64,000 nucleotides of DNA from an uncultured Rikenella sp. (GTDB lineage: Bacteria; Bacteroidota; Bacteroidia; Bacteroidales; Rikenellaceae): assembly GCA_947627885.1 (NCBI GenBank), contig CANQXP010000002.1, forward strand, positions 8,889 to 72,888, in the 5' to 3' direction. Positions within the stretch are counted from its first letter, which is position 1, and every line of letters begins with the position of its first letter. Of this stretch, positions 44,135 through 54,211 are shown one piece after another. The notes beneath the pieces are model-generated. The model saw nothing but the letters and a program-made list of their open reading frames with translations. It was not told where the DNA came from and made no database searches. Position numbers and translations under genes: made by a program.

Positions 44135-44329
44135 GGTAAATGCTTGGAGGCACCGCACCGGAAAGCCGTTGCCGCGGTTCGTTGTACCATCGGGATCGAC
44201 TGTGTCGAATTTGAACAAAGGCCGCACGGCATTCACGCCGCTCGCCGCCGGTGATCCCGACCAGATCGACCCCTCGCCGCCGGGATTCCCCAGCGCGCCC
44301 GTCGCGTTGTTGCGGAAGCCCGGGGCGTG
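44135..44329 (-). other. Orphan DGR template/variable-region-like cassette (no in-frame start before the motif, no host gene)
   Basis: Translates as HAPGFRNNATGALGNPGGEGSIWSGSPAASGVNAVRPLFKFDTVDPDGTTNRGNGFPVRCLQAFT immediately after an in-frame TGA. Confidence 0.7.
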
Positions 44330-44500
44330 TCATATCGCACGGCCTCTATCCCTAAAGCCTGCGCGGAACCAACTGCGCAGGCTGAAACATTACCGGCGAC
44401 CCATCGAGAGCCGCCGGCGGACCGCTGAATTTACCCTTTCACCCTGCCCGCAGCCACGCGAAGGAGCCGCGGACACTCCGGAACAGGCATTCCCCGTACC

Positions 44501-46753
44501 TTATTCCACAATGATCTCATCCATAAAAGCGAACGCCTTGCTGCCCGCGCCCAAATGCCACGGCGGACATATCCCCACCCCGTCCGTCACCACCTTGACG
44601 TAGCGTCCCTTTCGGCCTATCGCGCTCGAAAAATCGCGCGACCCCACCGCCACCGACCGATCCACCTCCGGCTGCGACTGCATCCCCGCCGGATGGTAAT
44701 CCACCCCGTTCGACGAAACGTAAAACGTCACCTTTTTCGGGAAGAAAATCCAATCCGTCAGCACTTGCAAATAAGTCGCCGTCACTTTGGCGATCTGCTG
44801 CTCCGACTCTAAGTCCACCACCGCCTCGAGCCGCGGCGCGTCCCAGCCCAGCCACTGGATCTTGTAGTCGTTGCTGCCGTGTATGCCGTTCGTCAATATT
44901 TTGTCCGCATCCCGGTCGTATTTCGGGTGCGGCGCCGGGGAGAGCGCCACCGGCTTTTCGAAACTCAGGTTCCCCTCCTGCCGCACGACCGAAATGCGGC
45001 TCATCATCTCCAGGTACTCGTCCGGCGTGGTGTGCCACTCCGATAGGCGCGTCACCCCCTCTTGCTTGCACAGGGCCACGAAAGCCTCCAGCTTTTTCGT
45101 GTACTCCGGATTGGTCTTCCACGAGCCGTCCGCGGCCTTCACATAGATACCGTGCGGCCCGTAGGGGTCGAGCTTCGTCTGCTCCAACTCCGCGTAGCGC
45201 AGCGGTTGCCGCGCGATCCTCACCCGTTCCAAGTACTCCGGCCGCTTAGCCACCGCCGCTTCGGCCCGCTCGAAACAACCCTCGTAGATCGCCAGATTCT
45301 CCGGCGAGAGGTAGCTGTCCGCCCCGTCCGTCGGCGCGCCGAAAATGCTCAGCCCCTTCCCGCTCTGGATCAGGTTGTTGGTAATCAGGTTGATATACTC
45401 CTTGATATGCACCCCCGCCGGGCCGTAGTAGCCGTTCAGGAAGTCGTTCATCAGCGAATCGGCATTGGCCGAAGGGTTCCACATCAGTTTGGAAATCAGG
45501 TAGGCCCGCAGGTCGGCGAACTCGCCGCCCGCCTCGCGGTTCCCCTGCTCGAACATCGCCACCACGTTGTTGTCCACGAAGTACCGGATATTCGGCTGCA
45601 AGGTATGGAAATTCGGGAACGGGCTGACCAGGTTCTTGAACTGGATTACGTAGTCCCACACCAGAATATTGTCGGTCAGCGCCGCCCACTCCTCCATGTC
45701 GCGGCGGAACGACGCGCTGGTCGAATCGGTGGCGATCGGCTGGCTGCGGTTGCACTCGATATTGCAGAACATGATGTTCACGTTCTCCAGCGGCTTGGTC
45801 ACCTTCGGCGCGGCCCGCGAATACTGGTAGGCCAGCGTCGAGATCACCTTGTCCGGAAACCGTTCGGCCACCTTGTTGACGAAACGGATCACGCTGCCGG
45901 TCGGACTGCCCTCGATGGAGTCCACCTCGGCGCACAGCGGGCACTGGCAGTAGCCGAAATTGTCGTTCGAGCTGACCGACCAGTATTTGGCCTCCGGTTT
46001 GGCGGCCATCGCTTCGGCGAGGTTGTCGCACACGATCTCCAGTACCGCCGGGTTCGACAGGCAGGGCTGCGTGGTGGCGCGGCTGCCGCCCACCCAAGCG
46101 AAGTATTCCGGATGCGTTTTGAAATACTCTTCCGCCGGCAGCAACTGCCCGAAGCTGTGGCACCAGAAACCCCAGTCGGGCTTGCCGCCCGTCGAGTCGT
46201 GGCTCAGCTTGTGCCAGTCGATATAGCTTTGGTCGTTGGCCCCGCGATAGTAGGTGTCGCGGAAAGTGATGACCGGCACCTGGCGGTCGTAGATATGCCC
46301 CGGCAGAGTCACCTTCTCCCGTTGCGGAATGACTTCCACCTTGGCCGAATATTTCCGGCAGCCGAGGTAGTCGTCCAACAGGGTATACATCCCGTTCATC
46401 GTGCCGCGCGGGGTATTGCCGACCACATAGAGCGTCGGCCCGTGGGTATAGATCACATAACCGTCCTGCCCCAGGTCAGCCATTTTGGCGCTATCTTCGG
46501 CAATGCGGTTGGAGCGTCCGAAAACGATCTCCCTGGCGGCGGTCGCCTCGGCATCGGTCACGATGGGCAACTCGGCCTGTGAAATTTGCCGGAAATAGGC
46601 TTGGAAGCGTTCGGCCGTCAGCCGCGTCAGGCTGTCGGCATCGGCGGCCACCACGATGCGGTAATCGCTCCGGCCTTTGTCGGCCAGTTTGAGGGTGTCG
46701 CCGCAGGAGCTGAGCATCAACGCGGCTCCCAGCAGGGCAAAAATGGTTTTCAT
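44501..46753 (-). CDS. DUF4838-domain lipoprotein (glycoside hydrolase-like) with C-terminal F5/8-like domain
   Basis: Lipobox LSSC, HPEYFA...QPCLSNP, TLAYQYS, WDYVIQF, DEIIVE. Confidence 0.78.
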   Translation of the reverse strand: MKTIFALLGAALMLSSCGDTLKLADKGRSDYRIVVAADADSLTRLTAERFQAYFRQISQAELPIVTDAEATAAREIVFGRSNRIAEDSAKMADLGQDGYVIYTHGPTLYVVGNTPRGTMNGMYTLLDDYLGCRKYSAKVEVIPQREKVTLPGHIYDRQVPVITFRDTYYRGANDQSYIDWHKLSHDSTGGKPDWGFWCHSFGQLLPAEEYFKTHPEYFAWVGGSRATTQPCLSNPAVLEIVCDNLAEAMAAKPEAKYWSVSSNDNFGYCQCPLCAEVDSIEGSPTGSVIRFVNKVAERFPDKVISTLAYQYSRAAPKVTKPLENVNIMFCNIECNRSQPIATDSTSASFRRDMEEWAALTDNILVWDYVIQFKNLVSPFPNFHTLQPNIRYFVDNNVVAMFEQGNREAGGEFADLRAYLISKLMWNPSANADSLMNDFLNGYYGPAGVHIKEYINLITNNLIQSGKGLSIFGAPTDGADSYLSPENLAIYEGCFERAEAAVAKRPEYLERVRIARQPLRYAELEQTKLDPYGPHGIYVKAADGSWKTNPEYTKKLEAFVALCKQEGVTRLSEWHTTPDEYLEMMSRISVVRQEGNLSFEKPVALSPAPHPKYDRDADKILTNGIHGSNDYKIQWLGWDAPRLEAVVDLESEQQIAKVTATYLQVLTDWIFFPKKVTFYVSSNGVDYHPAGMQSQPEVDRSVAVGSRDFSSAIGRKGRYVKVVTDGVGICPPWHLGAGSKAFAFMDEIIVE

Positions 46754-46914
46754 CGGTATCGTTCAGGTTGGTTTCGGGTTAATTCTATTTTCCGGGAGTC
46801 GCCTCAAATGGCACATATAGCGATCCGTCAGGATCGGGCAGCCCGTTGCCACGGAGGCTTAAGCTACTCCGCTTTCTCGATTTTGGGCTGCCCCCGGAGA
46901 TCGCGGGCCGGCCG

Positions 46915-47595
46915 CTAAATCAAAATCACACTTTCCCGGATCATCTCCCCCGCACGAGGCCCCTCGCAGAAGAGCAAGTCCACCGCCGACAGGTTCGGCG
47001 CGAAAGGCACCCGGTCGGCAAAGACCTGGTAATACTCCGGCGCGGAGAACGACGGGTCAGGCCGCCACAGCCGCGGCTTGTGCGAGATGATCTCCCGGAA
47101 ATCCCCTTCCGCCGCCGCGTAGTCCAACGGCGCCGGCGGGACATAATCCTCCGTGTGGCGCAACGCATCCGGGAAGCCGAACAGCCTGAGCAAAAGGACG
47201 GTCAGATCGCCGTTCAGGTCATACAGGTACTCCGGCCGGTAGCCGCTTTCGTCATAGAACGGCGCCAGCTTTTCGGCATAATGGTCGAAATACGGGGCCG
47301 CCGCATAAGCCGCTTTCAGGGTGCGCCAATGTTCGCGCTGCCACGGCAACGTGTAGTCGATACGCACCTCGCGGATCGGCATCTTGGCCCGGTGATCCCA
47401 CACCACCGGCACCGTCAAAGGCCTCACCCCCGCCGCCGTCATCACCTCCGCCCGGTTGCGGTAGGTCTGCTTCTGGAAATTCTCGTGCGCCTCGATCCGC
47501 GCCCCGGAAACCAGCTTGCCGAAATACTGGATGTTGCCTAAATAGGCCGTCGTGACCCGCACAACCTCCGATAATTTAGAAGTTCCACGCCGCAT
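46915..47595 (-). CDS. WbqC family protein
   Basis: AYLGNIQY, ENFQKQTYRNR, YYQVF, NLSAVDLLF. Confidence 0.85.
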   Translation of the reverse strand: MRRGTSKLSEVVRVTTAYLGNIQYFGKLVSGARIEAHENFQKQTYRNRAEVMTAAGVRPLTVPVVWDHRAKMPIREVRIDYTLPWQREHWRTLKAAYAAAPYFDHYAEKLAPFYDESGYRPEYLYDLNGDLTVLLLRLFGFPDALRHTEDYVPPAPLDYAAAEGDFREIISHKPRLWRPDPSFSAPEYYQVFADRVPFAPNLSAVDLLFCEGPRAGEMIRESVILI

Positions 47596-49018
47596 TTCGC
47601 GACTCCGTGCGCGCTTTGTCCATGATCTCCTTGAGTTCGATCACCTTGCCCGGATATTCCGAAGCCACGTTGCGCAGCTCCTTCGGGTCGCGCGAAAGGT
47701 TGTAAAGCTCATAGCGCACTTTCGACGGATCTTTGGAGAGCTGCTTGGCATTCAGCCGGATCAGCTTCCAGTTGTCGCGGATCACCGCCTGTTTGCCGCC
47801 CTGCTCGTGGAATTCGAAATAGAGGTAGTCATGCTTCGGCTGCTCGCCGTTGCCCGTCCATTCCGGCAGCATCGAGATGCCGTCCACCCCCTTGGGCACG
47901 TCGGCCCCGACGATCTCGCACACCGTCGGCAGAAAATCCCAGAACGCCGACACGTGGTAGCTCACCGCCCCCGGCTGGATATGCCCCGGCCACGACACGA
48001 TGAACGGCGTGCGGATGCCACCTTCATACAGGTCGCGTTTGGTGCCGCGGTACAGGGAGTTGCTGTTGAAGTAGTTCGGATCGTGACCGCCCTCGACGTG
48101 CGTTCCGTTGTCGGAGCTGAAAATAAAGATCGTATTCTCCAGCTGCCCCGTCTCGCGCAGCTTGGCCACCAGCCGTCCCACATTGTCGTCGATGCGCTTG
48201 ACCATCGCCGCAAAAGCGGCCCTCGGCGTGGGTTGCGAGCCATACCAGTCGCCGTGGTAAGGAGTTTCGAGAAATTTACCTTCGAACGGCTTGATCTCCT
48301 CGGCCGGCAGCACCAGCTCGGCGTGCGGCAGGGTCGTGGCGAATTCGAGGAAGAACGGCTTGCCCGCTTCGACGCTGCGATCGATGAATGCCAGCGCATT
48401 TTTGGTGGTCAGCTCATCGGAATACTGCTTGCCGTCGAGCTCGATCTTGGTGCCGTTCTCGTACAGCTTGTTCGGGTAGTAGTGGTGGGCGTCCACCTGC
48501 GCCTGGTGCCCGAAGAAATAGTCGAAGCCCTGGTTCCCGGCGCCTCCCTCCTCCGGGTAACCGCCCAGGCCCCACTTCCCGGTCACCCCGGTGGCGTAGC
48601 CTTTGGATTTGAGTATTTCGGCCACGGTGACCTCTTCGGCCGGCAGCGAATAGTCGTAAACGGTGCCGTCCTCCAGCTTGCGGCTGTCGTTGCCGCGGAC
48701 GCCGGAGTGGCCGGTATGCTTACCGGTCAGCAACACGGCGCGGCTGGGCGCCGAGACGGTGGAACCGGCATAGTGCTGCATGAACTGCATCCCGGCGCGG
48801 GCCAGCGAGTCGATATGGGGGGTCGGAATGGTTCGCTGCCCATAAGCCCCGATGTCCCCGATCCCGAGGTCGTCGGTCAGCACGAATACGATGTTCGGCA
48901 AGTTTTTTGCGGAGGTGTCGACCGGGGCCGGAGCGGCTTTTTTGCCTTTGGCCGCCGCCGACAGGGGCATCACGGCCGCCAATGCCATCAGGGCGACCCA
49001 TTCGGAGGTGTGTTTCAT
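47576..49018 (-). CDS. Arylsulfatase (Ser-type, family S1)
   Basis: PNIVFVLTDDLG, SAPSRAVLLTG, GKWGLG, SSDNG. Confidence 0.92.
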   Translation of the reverse strand: MKHTSEWVALMALAAVMPLSAAAKGKKAAPAPVDTSAKNLPNIVFVLTDDLGIGDIGAYGQRTIPTPHIDSLARAGMQFMQHYAGSTVSAPSRAVLLTGKHTGHSGVRGNDSRKLEDGTVYDYSLPAEEVTVAEILKSKGYATGVTGKWGLGGYPEEGGAGNQGFDYFFGHQAQVDAHHYYPNKLYENGTKIELDGKQYSDELTTKNALAFIDRSVEAGKPFFLEFATTLPHAELVLPAEEIKPFEGKFLETPYHGDWYGSQPTPRAAFAAMVKRIDDNVGRLVAKLRETGQLENTIFIFSSDNGTHVEGGHDPNYFNSNSLYRGTKRDLYEGGIRTPFIVSWPGHIQPGAVSYHVSAFWDFLPTVCEIVGADVPKGVDGISMLPEWTGNGEQPKHDYLYFEFHEQGGKQAVIRDNWKLIRLNAKQLSKDPSKVRYELYNLSRDPKELRNVASEYPGKVIELKEIMDKARTESRNAAWNF

Positions 49019-49092
49019 AGGTGTTCGGATTATTATAACCTGCAAGATAGCGATTTTTCGTTAACTTTACAGCATCATAATCGGACTGAACC

Positions 49093-49683
49093 ATGAAAAT
49101 CGTCTTTGCTACGGGCAACCGCAATAAACTGAAGGAGATACAGGCTATGATCGGCAGCCGGGCCGAGCTTTCGACCCCGGCGGACCACGGGATCACGGAG
49201 GACATTCCGGAAGACCGGCCGACGCTGGAGGGCAATGCGCTCCAGAAGGCGCGTTACATTTACGAAAAAACGGGGCTGAACTGTTTCGCGGATGACACGG
49301 GGCTGGAGGTGGAGGCGCTGAACGGCGAGCCGGGGGTCTTTTCGGCGCGTTACGCGGCGGTGAACGGAGCGGGTGAGGGACATTCGTCGGCGGACAATAT
49401 GGCGCTGTTGCTCAAACGGCTGGAAGGAAAATCGAACCGCCGGGCGCGTTTCCGCACGGTAATCGCGCTCATTTTAGACGGCAAGGAGTACACTTTCGAG
49501 GGGATCGTGAACGGGGAGATCACGACGAAGCGGAGCGGTGCGGAGGGGTTCGGCTACGACCCGGTGTTCCGCCCGGAGGGCTACACGGAGACTTTTGCGG
49601 AGATGCCGCTGGACTTGAAAAACAGCATCAGCCACCGGGGCCGCGCCACGGCCAAACTGATCGAATTCCTGACCCATTTGTAA
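49093..49683 (+). CDS. rdgB: Non-canonical purine NTP pyrophosphatase
   Basis: ATGNRNK, ADDTGL, SARYA, GFGYDP, SHRG. Confidence 0.95.
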   Translation: MKIVFATGNRNKLKEIQAMIGSRAELSTPADHGITEDIPEDRPTLEGNALQKARYIYEKTGLNCFADDTGLEVEALNGEPGVFSARYAAVNGAGEGHSSADNMALLLKRLEGKSNRRARFRTVIALILDGKEYTFEGIVNGEITTKRSGAEGFGYDPVFRPEGYTETFAEMPLDLKNSISHRGRATAKLIEFLTHL

Positions 49684-49706
49684 TCTAAATCGTTCGATAT
49701 TTATAT

Positions 49707-50024
49707 TAGGGTTTGAGAGTACTGTTCTCTTTGTGAACAACCGACGCTGCCAGCAAGAGCAAAGCGGGCTTGCACGTTCTGCCTTGCGGCGAGGAGGAAA
49801 CCGCTTTGCGGTAACGAGAACCGGAAAAACTTTCGAGGATGCTGGCGCATCCTAAATCTATCACAGCCTCATATTTGGCGCGGCGAATGGGGTTGGCCCG
49901 GAGGGCTTTAAACCCCATTCCGCCCGCCAAAATAGAAGGACTTCGGCAGACTAAGGAAGAGCGTAGCTGGCTCAAAAGTTTTTGGTGCCGCTTTTTACAA
50001 AAAGCGGCAGTTCTCTCCAACCTA
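49707..50024. repeat. Modular hairpin repeat, full copy with inserted module
   Basis: TAGGGTTTGAGAGTACTG...CAGTTCTCTCCAACCTA termini; shares modules with the copies at 10374, 28643, 39801 and 51149. Confidence 0.85.
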
Positions 50025-50054
50025 ACGTAAAATAAATCGAACCATTAAATAACC

Positions 50055-50843
50055 ATGGCTGAGAATCCCGCTTTTCCGTCCGGCGTGCCCACCCAGACGC
50101 CGCCGCGCAAAGGGCAGAAAGTGCCCGTGCCGCGGGGCCGTTACAAGGCCCGCGGCATCGTGCTGCACTCGATGAAGTACGGCGAACGGAAACTCATTAT
50201 CCATATCTTCACCGCGCAGTACGGCCGCCGCAGCTACATCACCAAGCTGAGCGCCAACAACAACGGGCGGGGGCTTTACCAGCCGCTGTTCATCCTCGAT
50301 TTCGATGCCTGGGCAGGGCGCGGCGAGTTGCACAATATCGAACAGCCGCAGATGGCATTCTGCCTGAGCGATATGCCGTTCGACATCGTCAAGAGTACGA
50401 TCGCGTTGTTCCTGTCGGAATTGCTGTACCGGCTCATCAAAGAAGGGGAGCCGGATCCGGGACTGTACCGTTTCGTAGAGGAATCGGTGGCCGAGCTGGA
50501 CGCCATGGGCGACGGGGTCGCCAATTTCCACCTGTGGTTTTTAGTGCGGCTGACGGAATATATGGGCTATGCGCCGCAGGACAATTATGAGTCGGGCTAT
50601 TCGCTGGACTACCGCAACGGGACGTACACTTCCGAACCGCCGCGGCACACGCTGGTGATGCCTCCGGCGGAAGCGACACTGTTTCACACCCTGAACGGCT
50701 GTCTGGCGGAGGAGCTGGCGGGGATAGGACTGGCGCGGGAACAACGGGTGTCGATGCTGGAACGGCTCACGGATCTTTACGGTTTCCACACGGATGCGAT
50801 ATACAACGTCAACTCGCTGCGCATCCTCTCCGAAATATTTTAA
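50055..50843 (+). CDS. recO: DNA repair protein RecO
   Basis: GIVLHSMKYGE, FTAQYGR, KSTIALFLSE, NFHLWFL, SLRILSEIF. Confidence 0.88.
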   Translation: MAENPAFPSGVPTQTPPRKGQKVPVPRGRYKARGIVLHSMKYGERKLIIHIFTAQYGRRSYITKLSANNNGRGLYQPLFILDFDAWAGRGELHNIEQPQMAFCLSDMPFDIVKSTIALFLSELLYRLIKEGEPDPGLYRFVEESVAELDAMGDGVANFHLWFLVRLTEYMGYAPQDNYESGYSLDYRNGTYTSEPPRHTLVMPPAEATLFHTLNGCLAEELAGIGLAREQRVSMLERLTDLYGFHTDAIYNVNSLRILSEIF

Positions 50844-50862
50844 GCCTACGGTTTTTAGCATT

Positions 50863-51128
50863 GGGTTAAAGTAAACAGCCGCTTTTTTCAAAAAGCGGGC
50901 TCGTTAGGCATCCGGGCTGTAACTACCCGATCTTAAGCTCTGCAAGCCTTAGCTTTGGGTTACACATAGGCCGGAGCCAGCGGGGCCCAACAAGCGCAGC
51001 GCAGTTGCAGGCCTACGCCGGGGGTGGCTCCGGCCTGCGCGGCTCGCTATGCTCGCCGCAGAAACGGATAGTTACAGATTAGAAAGCCCCAAGGGGCCTT
51101 TGGGAGAACAAAAAGAACAGTACCCTCC
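50863..51128. repeat. Modular repeat copy
   Basis: GCCGCTTTTTTCAAAAAGCGG...GGCCGGAGCCAGCG...GGGGGTGGCTCCGGCC...AAGAACAGTACCCTC. Confidence 0.85.
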
Positions 51129-51148
51129 TGCTTGATTCCAAAAACCGT

Positions 51149-51366
51149 AGGGTCAAAGTTCTATTCGGGCCGGACGCACGGAATGTTCGCCCCGAACTTG
51201 TGAGGGTTAACTGCGCTGCTTGTTTTCCTCCTCGCCGTTCGGCAAAGCGAACAAGTTCGCTTTGCTCTCACTGGCAGCATCGGTTGCGGGCCTCCCGTGG
51301 GGAGGCGTCCGGCCCGCACGGCTCACTGTGCTCGCCGCAGAAATTCCAAAGAGGGCAGTACAGTAC
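51149..51366. repeat. Adjacent mosaic repeat copy
   Basis: 51207-51286 matches the reverse complement of 49739-49815; 51285-51340 matches the reverse complement of the 26485-26533 core. Confidence 0.7.
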
Positions 51367-51399
51367 GCGAAGTTGAAATATTAACGTACGGATAAAGAT

Positions 51400-52431
51400 T
51401 TATTTTTGGGACAGGGTGGAAAGCAGGCCGCAGGCCGCCAGTATATCTTCGCCCCGGGAAGAGCGCGTCGTCGTGGTGATCCCCGCCGCATTCAGCGCCC
51501 CGTTCATGCGCTTCATCTTCTCCGGCGAAGCCCCCCTCAGCGGGCTGTCCGGGATGGCATGGAAACGAATCAGGTTGATCCGGCAGTCCAGCCCCTTGAG
51601 CAGCCGCGCCAAACCCTCCACATGCCGCGGCGAATCGTTCACCCCCTCGAACACGATATACTCGAAACTCAGTCGCCGCTGGTGCGCGAAATCGAACCTC
51701 CGCAACGCAGCCACCACCTCCCGCACCGGGTACTTGTTCTGCGCCGGCATCAGTTCCCGCCGCTCCTCGTCGAACGGGTCGTGCAGGCTCACCGCCAGGT
51801 GTACCTTCGTCTCCCGCAAAAGCCGCTCCATCGCCGGGATCACCCCGATCGTAGAGACCGTAATCCGCGTCGGGCTCCACGCCAGTCCCCAGTCCGAAGT
51901 CAGGATCTCGATCGCCCGCAGCACATTGTCGATATTGTCCATCGGCTCGCCCATCCCCATAAAGACGATATTCGTCAGCCTTTCCGATTCGGGAATCGCC
52001 AACACCTGGTTGACGATCTCTCCCGCCGTCAGGTGATGCTGGAACCCCTGCCGCGCCGTCATGCAGAAACGGCAGCCCATCCGGCACCCCGCCTGCGACG
52101 ACACGCACAGCGTGGCCCTCACCCCGTCCGGGATATAGACCGCCTCGATATACCGTCCCCCAAGCGTCGGGAAAAGGTACTTTTTCGTCCCGTCCTTCGA
52201 CACCTGCACATCACAAGGCTCGATCCGGCCGGCCACGTACCCCAGCTCGCCCAGCCGCTGCCGCGCCGTCAGGGACAGATTGGTCATGGAATCGATCCCG
52301 TCCGCCCGCTTTTTATAGAGCCAGTCGGCCATCTGCCGGGCGGCGAAAGGCCTGAGCCCCGCCTCAGCCGCCACCGCTTTCAGTTCGGCAGGCGACATAC
52401 CTGAAAGCCACTTTTTTACGTTAGTATCCAT
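51400..52431 (-). CDS. rlmN: 23S rRNA m2A2503 / tRNA methyltransferase
   Basis: CVSSQAGCRMGCRFC, VFMGMGEP, AACGLL. Confidence 0.95.
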   Translation of the reverse strand: MDTNVKKWLSGMSPAELKAVAAEAGLRPFAARQMADWLYKKRADGIDSMTNLSLTARQRLGELGYVAGRIEPCDVQVSKDGTKKYLFPTLGGRYIEAVYIPDGVRATLCVSSQAGCRMGCRFCMTARQGFQHHLTAGEIVNQVLAIPESERLTNIVFMGMGEPMDNIDNVLRAIEILTSDWGLAWSPTRITVSTIGVIPAMERLLRETKVHLAVSLHDPFDEERRELMPAQNKYPVREVVAALRRFDFAHQRRLSFEYIVFEGVNDSPRHVEGLARLLKGLDCRINLIRFHAIPDSPLRGASPEKMKRMNGALNAAGITTTTRSSRGEDILAACGLLSTLSQK

Positions 52432-52508
52432 GCGAGGATAAAGATAAGAAAAAACCGCCTTACGGGAAAGTCCCGTAAAGCGGCATATATCCGTTAAAAA
52501 CGGCCGGG

Positions 52509-52582
<74 letters not shown>

Positions 52583-52721
52583 GTTTGCAGCACAAATATA
52601 GACAAAATTTTTTATCCGCCAAATATCCCCCCGTCCCGGTATTGCATTTTCCAAATAAAAGGCATAGCTTTGTAACGGTAACCATATCCCTGCACTTAAC
52701 GCATTAACCACTGCTAACCAT

Positions 52722-53420
52722 ATGGAACTCAAAAAATCACCTAAAGCCGACCTGGAGAACAAGCGGAGCTATTTCCTGGAGATCGGTATCATCGTGGCCT
52801 TGGCTGCGTGCATCGGCATGTTCAGCTGGAGCCAGAAAGAACGGGTCATCGAGATCGTCGAGCAGCCGAAGGTCGCCGTCGAGACCGAAATGACCGAAGT
52901 GACGGTACAGGAGGACAAACGTCCGCCGGCACCGATGAAGACACAGGCCGTCGTGCTCTCCGACCTGCTCAACGTGGTGAAGAACGACGCCAAGATCGAA
53001 CAGACGGTCAACATCCTCGACCTGGACGTTACCCAGGACCTGGCTGTGGACGTCACCCGGTTCGGGGGGACTTACACCGGTGAAGGCGAAATCGAAGAGG
53101 ATGTGCCGGTGATTATCGCCGAAACAATGCCGACATTCCAGGGCGGGGACGTGAATGCTTTCGCAAGATGGTGCGGTAAACAAATCGTTTATCCGCCGGC
53201 AGCCATCGATAATGGCTCACAAGGTAAAGTCACGGTACAGTTCGTCGTGGAACGCGACGGGTCGATTTCGCATGTAGTCGTACTGCGCGGGGTGGACAAA
53301 TTAATCGACGCAGAAGCAATTCGCGTGGTGCAGAGCGCACCTAAGTGGAAACCGGGGGAGAACCGCGGCAAGCCGGTACGCGTGTACGTGCAGGTACCGA
53401 TCAATTTCGTGCTCGAATAA
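52722..53420 (+). CDS. tonB: Energy transducer TonB
   Basis: KKSPKADLE, TM anchor, YPPAA...QGKVTVQFVVERDG, WKPG. Confidence 0.9.
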   Translation: MELKKSPKADLENKRSYFLEIGIIVALAACIGMFSWSQKERVIEIVEQPKVAVETEMTEVTVQEDKRPPAPMKTQAVVLSDLLNVVKNDAKIEQTVNILDLDVTQDLAVDVTRFGGTYTGEGEIEEDVPVIIAETMPTFQGGDVNAFARWCGKQIVYPPAAIDNGSQGKVTVQFVVERDGSISHVVVLRGVDKLIDAEAIRVVQSAPKWKPGENRGKPVRVYVQVPINFVLE

Positions 53421-53436
53421 GCCTGTCGATACGCCG

Positions 53437-53484
53437 ATCAAAAAAAGAGCGTTGCGGTTCGAACCGCAACGCTCTTTTTTTGAT
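53437..53484. terminator. Perfect 48-bp palindrome, bidirectional terminator
   Basis: ATCAAAAAAAGAGCGTTGCGGTTC|GAACCGCAACGCTCTTTTTTTGAT between convergent genes. Confidence 0.85.
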
Positions 53485-53497
53485 ACACTATATCTTT

Positions 53498-54010
53498 TTA
53501 GTTGGACTGTATCGTACCCGTATACACCACCGTGTTTCCCATGTTCGGCACCAGCGTCAGCGTAGCCATGCCGTTATCGATATCGTAGTTCAGGTGGAAC
53601 ACGTACTTGACATCGCCCCATTCGGTCTGGAACACCAGTGTCCACTGCGAGCCGCTGTTCATATCCTCCCAGAAATTGAAACGCGCCGTGTTGATCGCGA
53701 TCCGCTTGGGAATCGTGGTCACATTCTGCGCTACCGAAACGTACGGCAGGTTCACCTCCAGATAGCCCGGATAGACCGAAACGTAATTGTTCCATTGGTT
53801 CAGCGCCTTCTCCGGCCCGGCGAACTCCGGCGTCATCTGCGAAGCCGAAAAGGTAAAGTTATGCGTTTTGAGGGAGTTGGTCAGCTGTTGCACCATCGCC
53901 TGCTGGCGCTCGGTCCGTTTGGCGTCGCGCACCTCTTTTTTCGTGTAGTCCTGCGCCATCGCCGTAGCGACCAGCGATACCATCAGAATAGATAAGAATA
54001 ACTTTTTCAT
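53498..54010 (-). CDS. DUF4251-like exported protein
   Basis: Signal peptide, charged helix, NFTFSA, LPY, YTGTI. Confidence 0.7.
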   Translation of the reverse strand: MKKLFLSILMVSLVATAMAQDYTKKEVRDAKRTERQQAMVQQLTNSLKTHNFTFSASQMTPEFAGPEKALNQWNNYVSVYPGYLEVNLPYVSVAQNVTTIPKRIAINTARFNFWEDMNSGSQWTLVFQTEWGDVKYVFHLNYDIDNGMATLTLVPNMGNTVVYTGTIQSN

Positions 54011-54211
54011 GGTTTTGGAATTTAAATACGGTTGGTAAATTATTGGTTTGTTGCATGTATTTTTTGGACAATTTCCGTGCCAAATAAAATTGCATCAAAT
54101 TTGCTGAATTCTTCCTATCTTGCTTTCCGACCGACCCGGAAGCGGCCTGCGCCAACGTTTTGGCGGGTCAGTCTACAGGAATTACCTTTGCGATACAAAA
54201 AACGCATAACG

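Noticed and set aside
43922-44236. 104-aa ORF as a real gene
   Set aside because: It starts in the middle of the conserved motif and runs through a terminator into dsbD; better read as part of the non-coding cassette
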